This document shows positions 39,328 through 49,719 of a stretch of DNA of 64,000 nucleotides, piece by piece. Below the pieces are notes generated by a model. That model had not been told where the DNA came from and did no database searches. It saw only the letters and a program-made list of their open reading frames with translations. The translations under genes and the position numbers were made by a program. How positions within the stretch are numbered: the stretch's first letter is position 1; every line of letters begins with the position of its first letter. Origin of the DNA: Prorocentrum cordatum (taxonomy: Eukaryota); the NCBI GenBank assembly GCA_963575745.1, contig CAUYUJ010000214.1, positions 558,001 to 622,000 of the forward strand, read 5' to 3'.

Positions 39328-41390
39328 CCCAGTGGCTGCGTTCGCATGCCTCCCCACCACCCATGTCGGCACACCCCTCACACGTTTCGTGGCCCCATAG
39401 GGAGCTCCACCGAAGGCCCCAGTGGCTGCGTTCGCATGCCTCCCCACCACCCATTTCGGCACACCCCTCACACGTTTCGTGGCCCCATAGGGAGCTCCAC
39501 CGAAGGCCCCAGTGGCTGCGTTCGCATGCACGTTTCGGCACACCCCTCACACGTTTCGTGGCCCCATAGGGAGCTCCACCGAAGGCCCCAGTGGCTGCGC
39601 ATGCCCCCCCACCACCCATTTCGGCACACCCCTCACACGTTTCGTGGCCCCATAGGGAGCTCCACCGAAGGCCCAGTGGCTGCGCCCGCATGCGCCCACC
39701 ACACCCATTTCGGCACACCCCTCACACGTTTCGTGGCCCCATAGGGAGCTCCACCGAAGGCCCCAGTGGCTGCGCCGCATGCGTCCCCACACCCATTTCG
39801 GCACACCCCTCACACGTTTCGTGGCCCCATAGGGAGCTCCACCGAAGGCCCCAGTGCCCGCGCCGCATGCGTCCCGCACACCCATTTCGGCACACCCCTC
39901 ACACGTTTCGTGGCCCCAGAGGGAGCTCCACCGAAGGCCCCGTGGCTGCCGTCCGCATGCGTCCCGCACACCCATTTCGGCACACCCCTCACACGCTTCG
40001 TTGCCCCATAGGGAGCTCCACCGAAGGCCCCAGTGCTGCCGTCCGCATGCGTCCCGCACACCCATTTCGGCACACCCCTCACACGTTTCGTGGCCCCATA
40101 GGGAGCTCCACCGAAGGCCCCAGTGGCTGCGTTCGCATGCCTCCCCACCACCCATGTCGGTACACCCCTCACACGTTTCGTGGCCCCATAGGGAGCTCCA
40201 CCGAAGGCCCCATGGCTGCCGTCCGCATGCGTCCCGCACACCCATTTCGGCACACCCCTCACACGTTTCGTGGCCCCATAGGGGAGCTCCACCGAAGGCC
40301 CCAGTGCTGCCGTCCGCATGCGTCCCGCACACCCATTTCGGCACACCCCTCACACGTTTCGTGGCCCCATAGGGAGCTCCACCGAAGAAGGCCCACCCGT
40401 GCTCCCCACCACCCTTTTTCGTCACACCCCTCACAACGTTTTCGTGGCCCATCGGGAGCTCCACCGAGGCCCAGTGGCTGCGTTAGCATGCCTCCCCACC
40501 ACCCATTTCGCCAGCCCCTCACACGTTTTCGTGGCCCAATAGGGAGCTCGCACCGAAGGCCCCAGTGGCTTGCGTTAGGCATGCCTCCCCAACCACCCAA
40601 TGTCGGCACAATCCCCTCACACTTCTCGTGGCCCATAGGGAGCTCCCCGAAGGCCCCAGTTGCAGATTCGCATGCCCCCCACCACCCATGTCGGCACACC
40701 CCTCACACGTTTCGTGGCCCCATAGGGAGCTCCACCGAAGGCCCCCATGGCTGCGCTCCCATGCGCCCACCGCACAGATTTCGGCACACCCCTCACACGT
40801 TTCGTGGCCCCATAGGGAGCTCCACCGAAGGCCCCAGTGGCTGCGTTCGCATGCCTCCCCACCACCCTTTTCGGCACACCCCTCACACGTTTCGTGGCCC
40901 CATAGGGAGCTCCACCGAAGGCCCCAGTGGCTGCGTTCGCATGCCTCCCCACCACCCATCTCGGCACACCCCTCACACGTTTCGTGGCCCCATAGGGAGC
41001 TCCACCGAAGGCCCCAGTGGCAGGGTCCGCATGCCTTCCCACCACCCATTTCGGCACACCCCTCACACGTTTCGTGGCCCCATAGGGAGCTCCACCGAAG
41101 GCCCCAGTGGCAGGGTTCGCATGCCCCCCCACCACCCATCTCGGCACACCCCTCACACGTTTCGTGGCCCCATAGGGAGCTCCACCGAAGGCCCCAGTGG
41201 CAGGGTTCGCATGCCTCCCCACCACCCATTTCGGCACACCCCTCACACGTTTCGTGGCCCCATAGGGAGCTCCACCGAAGGCCCCAGTGGCAGGGTTCGC
41301 ATGCCTCCCCACCACCCATTTCGGCACTCCCCAACACCCACTTCGGCACACCCCTCACACGTTTCGTGGCCCCATAGGGATCTCCACCGA
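39328..41390 (+). repeat. 90-bp tandem array, about 23 units
   Basis: Unit cccagtggctgcgttcgcatgcctccccaccacccatttcggcacacccctcacacgtttcgtggccccatagggagctccaccgaaggc; exact 90-nt period visible from 40801 to 41300. Confidence 0.95.
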
Positions 41391-43856
41391 CGGTCGGGGG
41401 GAGCTTGACATTGGTATCCTTGCGGTACTCGCAGCTGCATATGTTTGGGTCCTTCGCCAGGCTAATTCGCCCCTCTGCCCTCTTCTTGGGAGGCGTTCCA
41501 GGCGTTCCCTGCCCGCCCCGCGCTCGCCTGCGGGCTGTTCCCGCCTTCCGCCTCTTCCCTGCGCGCAGTGCACTTAGGGGGCCGCATGCGGACCCTACCC
41601 CTGCCGCCCACGACTTCTGAGGGGGAGGGTGGGGTTTGCTTCGCTCGGGAGCTCCCGAGCGAGGTGAACCCCACCCTCCCCCTTCGGAAATCGTGAGGGG
41701 TCAGGGTAGGGTCCACACGTGGCCCCCTGGCACTGTCACTTGCCGCCGACGCCGCCGCCGTCATCCTCGCGCCGTCGTCGTGCGCAGCCGCTGGCGTCCT
41801 CGCCGCCGCCGGCGTCGTCGTCGTCGTCTTGGCGGTCGTGGTCGCCGCGGTTGCCCGCGCAACGCCCTGGCCCGCTGGGCAGGTCGCGCCCCGCTCCTCG
41901 GGGGGCAGCGCTTTTCAGGACAGGAAGAAGCACACAGAGACTCCATGAAGCGTCGACTCCCAGGAAAAGATGGGAAAATATGGGGAGTGGGGGGGAAGAC
42001 AGAAACCCAGAAACAAATTGAAAATATGGGGAATATCTTTATTTGTGTGTATCTATTATAGTGTGTCCTGGGGCCCCTTCATTATCGTCGACCCCCAGGA
42101 AAAGATGGGAAAGCAAGGGATGTGGGGGGGAGGACAAAAATCACAGAAAATATGGGAAAATATTGGGGAGTCCTGTGAGTTGTGTCTGTGTGTATTTATC
42201 TGTGTGCCCCAGGGCCCCTTCAACGTTCGAGAGGGGGGGGAGCGGCTCCGGGGGGAGCGACGCGTCGACGCCCAGGCGCCCACGGAGCGCCGCCAGGGGC
42301 CCGACGGACCCCCCACCTCGGGGGCAACCGTAGAGGGGGGGGGGGGGGGGGGGGAGGCCGCTCCTCCTCCTCCTCCTCCTCCTCCTGTTTCCTCCTCCTC
42401 CTCTTTTCTCCTCCTCCTCCTCCTTCTCTTTCCTCCTCCTCCTCCTCCTCCTCCTCCTCCTCTTTCCTCCTCCTCCTCCTCCTCCTTCTCTTTCCTCCTC
42501 CTCCTCCTCCTCCTCCTCCTTCTCTTCCCTCCTCTTTCCTCCTCCTCCTCCTCCTCCTCCCTCCCCATCCTGCGGCGACGACGACGACGGCCGACGACGA
42601 CGAACGAGGACCGACGCCCGACGACAAACGACGACAAACGACGACAAACGACGACGCCGACGATCGACGACTACGGCCTAGGGGGGGATGCATCGACCCC
42701 CAATCGCCCATTGATCGCCGACAGGGGCCCGACAACTCCAACCTGCCCAGGAAGGTGCAGATTCTCTATATCGGAGGCCGATGGCCGATCTATCGGCGAG
42801 GCGTCGCCGATTCCAGGCCGATGGTTTTCCCCCCCTATATCCCTTTCCCCCCCTGTCGTTGCCCCTCACCACCCCGCCTGGGAGTCTGCGGTTTTGCTAT
42901 CGGGGTCTTGTCGCCGATCTGTCAGCGGTGCACGCATCGCCGATCGCTGCCCCTGACCGCGTCTGGGCCCCACGCGTGAGAGGGTGCGCAGACCTTGGGC
43001 GCGGCGGCGCCGTGCGGACGCACACAATGCAGTCCTGGGTGGAGCCCCCCTTTGGGGGGCAGGAGAGGTGTGAGGGGATGTGCCGCAAATGTCGAGGCCA
43101 CGAAAACATGGATTACTGCGCGTGGAATAGCGGCGGGTCCCGTTCTCATGCGACATCGGCGCGCTCTGTCGCCAAGTCAGGCGGCGTTGGCTTCACGTTT
43201 CGGGAGGTACCTTCCCGATCCACGGATCTGGCGCCCACGCACCCATTGGGGCCCGATGTGGAGCTCCCTTGGAGGCAGTGATCGTGTGCGGGGTGTGCTG
43301 AAATCTGCGCGGCGGCGCCATGCGAACGCACCCACAGGGGCCCAAGATGGAGTTTCTTGTTGGGTGCGAAACGTGCGAGAGGTGTGCCGAAACGAAGCGA
43401 GTGAGGAGTGTGTCCAACTTGGCTAGAGCAGGACGAGGCGGAAGAGGAGGAGGAGGAGGAAGAGGAGGAGGAGGGGAAGGGGAGGAGGAAAAGGATGGAG
43501 CAGGGAAGAGGATAATGATTAGGAAGAGCAGGAAGAGGAAGGAGGATGACGAGGAGAGAGAGGAAGAAGCGAAGCAGAAGGATGATCAGGATGAGGAGGA
43601 GGAGGTGGAGGAGGAGGAGGAGGAGGAGGAGGAGGAGGAGTAGGAGGAGGAGGCGACGCGTGGTGCTGCTGATTCAAAATGGGGACCCAACACACAGGAG
43701 AGTCTGAAATAGTATACTCTTGGCTGTCTGGGATCGAGTCCGCGGAGGCGTGCGTCTGGCGCCCAGCTGTTTGGAAAGCCACGACGACCGACTCCCTCTT
43801 TTTTATAATTGAGGTGAAAGGATCATACCCAAACCTTGGGCCCAGGATCGGTGAAA

Positions 43857-44190
43857 CTATACATATATATGTATATGTACACGTATTCACTTGTACCCAA
43901 ACTCTTGCCTATCATCGCTGTGTCTGCACACACACACGTATATACATACATATATATATATATACACATGTTTATATATTTGTACACACATAAATCTATC
44001 TATGAATTGTAGCCATATATATATATATATGTCGATATGTGTATGTATGCATGCATGCATGCATGCATGTATGCATGTATGTATGTATGTGTGTATGTAT
44101 GTATGTATGTATGTATGTATGTATGCATGCATGTATGTATGTATGTATGTATGTATGTATGTATGTATGTATACATACATACATGTGTAC
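43857..44190. repeat. (TA)n/(TATG)n AT-rich microsatellite
   Basis: Directly visible. Confidence 0.95.
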
Positions 44191-44222
44191 ATTTCTGATG
44201 GATGCATCCCTGCACCGATCAG

Positions 44223-44403
44223 GGGTCCAGCATACGCCTGGACAGGATCTGTGTCTTTGCCTCGCTGGTCTGCCCCCTGCCCGTGTGGCCGGGCCTTCGC
44301 CCTGGCCTCCGCCCCGGCCCGCGTCGAGGGGCAGCGCGGAGAGCCGGCGCCCGAAGAAGGGGTCTGCAGGGCCTGCGGCAGGGCCCTGCCGCGGGCCCAG
44401 CAG
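44223..44403 (+). CDS. Candidate exon with CPCG...CRACG cysteine pairs (possible Zn-binding)
   Basis: TCAG|G acceptor, CAG|GT donor; GPAYAWTGSVSLPRWSAPCPCGRAFALASAPARVEGQRGEPAPEEGVCRACGRALPRAQQ. Confidence 0.4.
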
Positions 44404-44480
44404 GTCTGCCCCTTCCGGCCCTCCCCCGCCCGGCCGTGCCGCGGGACACCGGGGGGCCCAGGAGCCGTTCCCAGCAGGAC

Positions 44481-44735
44481 TCAGGAGGGAAAAGACCACA
44501 CAGACACAATGAATCGTCGATCCCCAAGAAAAAATGGGAAAATGTGGGAAGTGGGGGGGAAGACGAAAACCAAGAAAATATGGGAAAATACACGGAATTC
44601 TTGAAGTTGTATGTATTTTTCTTGGTGTGTCCCAGGGCACCTCTCCCCGCTGCCAAGCCCGGCGGCAGCTCCCGGACCTCCACCCGCCCGACGGAGGGCC
44701 CCCGCGAGGTGGGGGGCCCCGTGCCCCCACTTCTC
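44481..44735 (+). repeat. Dispersed family B (also 32265-32425, 41915-42220, 46378-46640)
   Basis: tcaggagggaaaa..acacagacacaatgaatcgtcgattccc..tgggaaaat..gtggggggaagac..gtgtcccaggg shared; all copies on the + strand. Confidence 0.85.
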
Positions 44736-45293
44736 GCAGACGAGGGAGCGGCATAAGCAGAAGCTCTTGGCGCTCCGCGCGGGTTTCTCGGAACCGCGCT
44801 GGGCCCTCCGCCCGGCGGCGCCCCGGGCGCCGGCTCTGGCGCGCTCTGCGCGCGCCAGGGAGGGGGGTCAGGCTTGGGGCGCTTTGCAGGCTTCTGGGGT
44901 CGTCTGGAGGCCGTCAAGGCGTCTTGGACAGATCGTTCGGCGATTCGGGGTTCTCTTGGACTGTCTTTGGGGCCTCTTGGGGCACATCCAAGAAGACCGC
45001 GCGGAGCGTCGGTATCGTTCAACCGATCCCCATCCCCATCCCCATCCCCTTCGAGACCCCCACCAAATTTCCACCACAGCTGGGGATACACCCCTCGAAG
45101 CCCGAAGGGAACGACTTGTATTCCCATCTAGGGGGGTAAATCGACCACTGGGGCCCAGGCCACGCCGCTCGGGATGGGGATCGGTGAAACGATACTCAGA
45201 GCGACAACAGCTTATGTTTATGGCGTGTCTTCTCTTCCTGCTGCCGCGGACGGAGCAGGTCTGGTCGATTGTCGGCCTGTCTCCTCCCCCCGA

Positions 45294-45475
45294 AGGATTG
45301 CAAAAAAAACGAAGGATTGCAAAAAAGGATTGCAAAGGATTGCAATCCTGGGTTTTTCTGCAATCCTGGAAGAAGGATTGCAATCCTGTTTTTTTTGCAA
45401 TCCTGGGTTTTTTTGCAATCCTTTTTTGCAATCCTAAGGTTTTTTTGCAATCCTGGGTTTTTTTGCCCCCCCTTC
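45294..45475. mobile_element. Foldback insertion built from the AGGATTGCAATCCT palindrome
   Basis: AGGATTGCAA units followed by TGCAATCCT units; flanked by duplicated ccccccga (45286-45293, 45476-45483). Confidence 0.65.
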
Positions 45476-45800
45476 CCCCCCGAGCCTCCATCCGAGATCC
45501 TTCTCCCGATCCTCCAGCGGCCGTCGGCCCCCTCCCGCCGCTGCGCCCGGGGTCGTGGGCAAGAGGCCTCCTGGCTGTGCTCTGGGCGCGGGACTCGAGG
45601 AGGAGGCGGAGGAGGAGGAGGAGGAGGAGGAGGAGGAGGAGGAGGAGGAGGAGGGGAGGAGGAGGAGGGGGAGGAGGGAGGAGGAGGAGGAGGAGGAGGG
45701 GGAGGAGGAGGGGGAGGAGGGGGAGGAGAGGATGGGGCGCTTCTGACCCTCAATCCAAACTATCCAGATTCTCGTTGCGCCCCCCCACGGCCTCCATCCC

Positions 45801-46017
45801 TTCGCGGGCCCTGGAAACGACCGGGCCGGTTTTGTCACCTGCTCCGTTGTGTCGTTTTTGTTGCCGGTACCGGCGCTGACGGGTTCCCGCTTCGGTTCCA
45901 ATCCTGGAGCCGTTTTTGTTGCCGTTTCCGGTCGCCGTTTTTGTTTTCGTTTTCCGTTTTCAAGGGATTCTTCGGAAACGGTGAACAAACGGCCCTGCCG
46001 TTTCCGGGGCCCACGAA
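45801..46017. mobile_element. Same Mutator-like MITE family, opposite orientation; further partial copy at 46115-46198
   Basis: ttcgcgggccctggaaacga ... ccgtttccggggcccacgaa; internal atcctggagccgtttttgttgccgtttccggtcg is the reverse complement of sequence at ~52601-52634. Confidence 0.75.
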
Positions 46018-46249
46018 GCTCCCCCCCCTCAAGAAGCGCCGTTGTGCAGCATGAGAGCGGTGCGCCAGGCGTCTCGGCATAGGGTGCAGGCTCCGAGAGC
46101 ATGAGGCGGCGAGCGGAAACGGCAAAAGCGGCGACGGAACCGGCAAAAGAAGGCAAAACGGAACCGGGAACAAAACGGCCCTGTCGTTTACAGGGCCCCT
46201 TGAGGGCGAGCGCATGTGCTGGACCGACGCCTGTCGCCATGAAGAACAG

Positions 46250-46346
46250 GCATCCTGAGGGAGTCGTGGAGGTCTTTCGCCGCTTTCGGGCTCCTGGGGC
46301 CCAGCCCGTGCCCTGGGACTCCCTGAGCAGACTCGTGATGGCATAG
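46250..46346 (+). CDS. Candidate last exon (HPEGVVEVFRRFRAPGAQPVPWDSLSRLVMA*)
   Basis: ACAG|G acceptor, TAG stop at 46344-46346, unique sequence between two repeat elements. Confidence 0.3.
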
Positions 46347-46972
46347 CCGGTGTCGTGGGAAACCGGGGGGTCCAGGATCAGGAGGGAAAGAAACACACCG
46401 ACACAATGAATCGTCGATTCCTTAGAAAATATTGGAAAATATAGGAGGTGGGGGGGAAGACGAAAATCAAACAAATATCTAGGACAATATGGGCAATCTG
46501 TTTATTTGTGTGTATATATTCGTGTGTCCCTGGGCCCCTTCATTACAGCAGGACCCCTCTCCTTGATGCCAAGCCTGGCGGCAGCTCTTTGCGTTCACCC
46601 GCCTGGCGGAAGGCCCGCGAGGTGGGGGTTCCCTTGCCACCTCCAGGGGGCTGTCTTTGTCCTCCCCCACCCCTTTCCCCCGCCACGTCAGAGGTACTGG
46701 CAATGTCTATATCCACATCCAGTGCGTCTTGGAGTTTCGGGCTCTCTTCCCCAAAACCACAAGGCGCACTGGATATGGATTGAAATCTGCCCCAAAAGGC
46801 CAGATTCTCTCAATATCCAGTGCGCCTCGGCCTTGCGGCGCCCCTTCCAATAAAGTCCAAGACGCACTGGATATGAGTAGAAGTATTGCCCGCCAGAGGG
46901 ACAAGTTGCCGGGAGGAGGAGAAGGAGGAAGAGGAGGAGGAGGAGGAGGAGGAGCATGAGGGGGGCCTGCAG

Positions 46973-47913
46973 GCGACCCTGCCTTCATAGATCTCGGCAA
47001 CGACAGCGTTCTCAAGGACGGCGTGCCAGTGTCCGGGACCCTCGACGCGAACTACACCCACACGTACACATACAGCAGCAGCAACGTGACGGCGTTCAAC
47101 CAGGCGGACGAGTACAGGAAGATCATCATAAACCTGGAGCCGTGCACGGGGACAGTCTTCCTCATGGTCCGGAAGACACGGCGATGCTTTCCGAATCCTT
47201 ACAGTTGCATCGACGTGGCCACAAACACAAGGGCGCCAACCGAATGCCAGTGGGTCCACTTCATGACGGAGATAGACGGCAGCCGCGACGGGACGCCGAC
47301 GTTCTTCGAGGTCCCCTTCACCACGACGAACTACTTCATCTCCGTCTTCGCGATGGAGAACGCGGCCTACGAGCTGACCGTTCTCGCGGACACGGGGGCG
47401 CTGCCGAGGCCAGGCAACAACGGCCGGATCACCGCGAATCAGACCGAGAAGATCGGCGTCAATCTTTCGTGGGAGGCCGCCTACTACAGCCCCGCGGGCG
47501 TCACAAGCACGTACCAGTACCTCATATATTCCTCCGTGCTGCTGGAAGACGAGGGCCAGCTCAATCGGGCCGTGTTCTTCCGGAAAGACAAGATAATGAA
47601 CACGGTTTGTGGTCTTGGTTTCAACACCGACGAGCCTGTCAAGTCGGTGGACGCCAGCACTTGCGTTAACGGCCAGTGCAGCGCGATGGTGGAGGCCCTG
47701 CCCAACATGAGATACATCTTCAATGTGGTCGCCGAGTCCCAACGCGGCATGAAGTTTGCTTACGCTGGGGGGGTATTGAAGACCGACTGGGAGGTGGTCA
47801 GACAAGCGACCAATCCCGACAACAGCACCCTGGCGGCGATCGGGGCGGTGGCGGGCAGCCTGCTGGGCATCATCGTGATGACCTACTTCATGCTGCTGAA
47901 CATCTACGGCTGA
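46973..47913 (+). CDS. Terminal exon of an NDNF/DUF2369-like fibronectin type III surface protein with C-terminal hydrophobic anchor; 5' exon(s) not located
   Basis: Only high-complexity long ORF in the window (track 47023..47913). The frame stays open upstream to a CTGCAG|G acceptor (AG 46971-46972; in-frame TGA at 46957), adding DPAFIDLGNDSVLKDG. Motifs follow the NDNF order as I recall it: DSVLKDG, IINLEPC, LPRPGNNGRI..VNLSW, QYLIY, MNTVCGL, LPNMRYIFNVVA, FAYAG. Ends LAAIGAVAGSLLGIIVMTYFMLLNIYG*. Several N-x-S/T sequons. Confidence 0.85.
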
Positions 47914-48118
47914 GGCGAGAGAAGCGTCCGCGTTGGCCTGTTTGGCCGCGGTTTCGCTCCTCGCCCAGCCGCCCCTTGTACCATCCCCCCCCAAACGGCT
48001 CTCCTCCTCCACCCCCTTGTCGTGGCTCGCAAAGAGGAGGCTCGCTCGATCTTCGCGTCCACGTCGGCAAGGTGAGGGTCATCGGGGCTGGAAGGTGAAT
48101 GGGGAGGTAAGGTTAGGA

Positions 48119-48447
48119 TTAAGTCGGGCCTGTCCCTCTGCAGGGGGAATATTCAAAAATAGTCAAACCATAGTCGTGGGACGATTTTGTTAACCATGTT
48201 TGTGTATTTTATGGTATTTCTCTGCAATGTTTAATTCAGGGGATTTTTTGAATTATCGGGGGACGATTTAAAACAATAAAAACAACTTATTATTTTTTGG
48301 GGGGGACTTGTTGATTATTGTTAGTTTGGGAATCTTTCAACATAAAAACAGTCGGGGGATTATTTTCATGTTATGTTTTTTTTGTTGTTGTTGCTGTTTT
48401 CAATATTCGCCCAGAGCCCCCCTGCAGGGGGGACAGGCCCGACTGGA
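48119..48447 (+). mobile_element. MITE family M1, long copy with internal duplications
   Basis: Near-perfect TIR agtcgggcctgtccctctgcaggggg / ccccctgcaggggggacaggcccgact; TSD ggttagga/ggctagga. Confidence 0.9.
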
Positions 48448-48731
48448 GGCTAGGAGGAGGCACCCCGCGCACGGGGCACCCGCGAGCGCCCCCCCGCGGC
48501 GCCCGCGGGCGGGGACCCGCCGCGCCGACGGGGGCCCCGCCGCGGCGGCGCGGCGGCGGCAGCGACGCGCGGAGCACGCTGCGTGGCGCGCCTCCCCCTC
48601 CTCCTCCTCCTCCTCCTCCTCCTCCTCCTCCTCCCTCCTCCTCCTCCTCTCCTCGCCTCCTCCTCCTCCTACCTCCTCCTCCTCCTCTCTCCTCCTCCTC
48701 CTCCTCCTCCTCCTCCTCCTCCTCCTCTCGG

Positions 48732-48865
48732 CTTGGCATCGCTCGGACGTGTGCATTTTTTCCTGCGGCGAGGACCATCGAGGAGCATCCGTGATGATTC
48801 GGCGAGCAAAACCACGCACGAAACCGACAAAAGCACGGGGAATGGACGTCCGAGCGATGGCCGGC
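48732..48865 (+). mobile_element. Short TIR family F (second copy 54298-54430)
   Basis: ggcatcgctcggacgt ... acgtccgagcgatggcc; internal cggcgaggaccatcgaggagcatcc shared by both copies. Confidence 0.7.
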
Positions 48866-49641
48866 TCGGGGCCGGACAGAGCCCCCAACAGTGACACGTC
48901 GATTCAGTGGATGGTCCGTTTTCGGTTCTCGAGAGGGCGCCGCGGCCGTCATGTTCCAGGCTCGCGCCCGCCAGGTTTGGGCCGCAGGTCGTTTTCACGA
49001 AACCACGTTTTGCTAAAGGGGGGTCTGTCCATCCCCGATACTCGGGCCGGACGAAAGGGGGGGATAGGGAAAGGGGGAGCTACGAAATCTGCTGCGTGCA
49101 GCTGGTTTCGGCCCCACCGAGGGGCCCATGCCTCGGTACATGGCCGCCTCCGGCGCCGGGAGGCGCCGGGAAAAGCAGCTGCGTGAGCTGATTCTCAACC
49201 CCCCCCCTTTGCTTTCTCCCCCTTTCGCCTGGCCCGAGCTACGTCGCGTAGGCTGTGTGATCTGAGCTTCGGAGGTGAAGGCTGCGCGCTGAAATCTATT
49301 CTGGGCGAGCGGTGGCTCTCAATCGGCCGTGCGAGCCGGAGGTGCGTGCAACGCGGTGGAGCTATGTTGTCCAAGCTACGTGCTGTGAGCTATGCGGTGT
49401 CAGCTACGTGGTCTAGGCGACGTGTGCAGGGTACTTGGTGTAAGCTCAGCGCACCGGGCGCCCGCGGACGCACGCGTGGCGGCACGGGCGGCACTGTGGC
49501 GCAACTTCGGCGGACCCGCCCAGCGCACGGAGCGCCACCACGGCTGCACGGGAGGCAAGGTTGCGCTACCTCGGCGGGCCCACCCAGCGCATGGGGCGCC
49601 AACGAGCGCCCAAAGAGACGGCACGGGGCGGCAAGTCGAAC

Positions 49642-49719
49642 CTCCTCGGCGGTCCCGTCCAGTTGTTTCAGGGACGAAAGTACGGACCCCTTGAGTGCAA
49701 GCACTGCTAGGGGAATTAC
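49642..49719 (-). CDS. Candidate minus-strand exon (VIPLAVLALKGSVLSSLKQLDGTAEE)
   Basis: On the reverse strand: CTCAG|G acceptor and GAG|GT donor, exactly 26 codons. All three + frames read from the nearby + strand AG (~49670) hit stops. Confidence 0.35.

Noticed and set aside
40380..40680. Indel-rich units in the middle of the 90-bp array
   Set aside because: The single-base indel pattern looks like unpolished long-read error; it cannot be claimed as biology.
26565..41390. CRISPR-like appearance of the 89/90-bp arrays
   Set aside because: Whole units are repeated with no unique spacers, there are no cas genes, and the context is eukaryotic.
39148..41408. Repeat proteins (GAPYGATKRVRGVPKW; 605-aa ORF)
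   Set aside because: The 90-bp unit is a multiple of three and stop-poor, so ORFs are open on both strands. It is a tandem repeat, not a gene.
46810..48012. 400-aa minus-strand ORF and 237-aa alternative + frame
   Set aside because: Shadow ORFs of the GC3-rich NDNF-like CDS.
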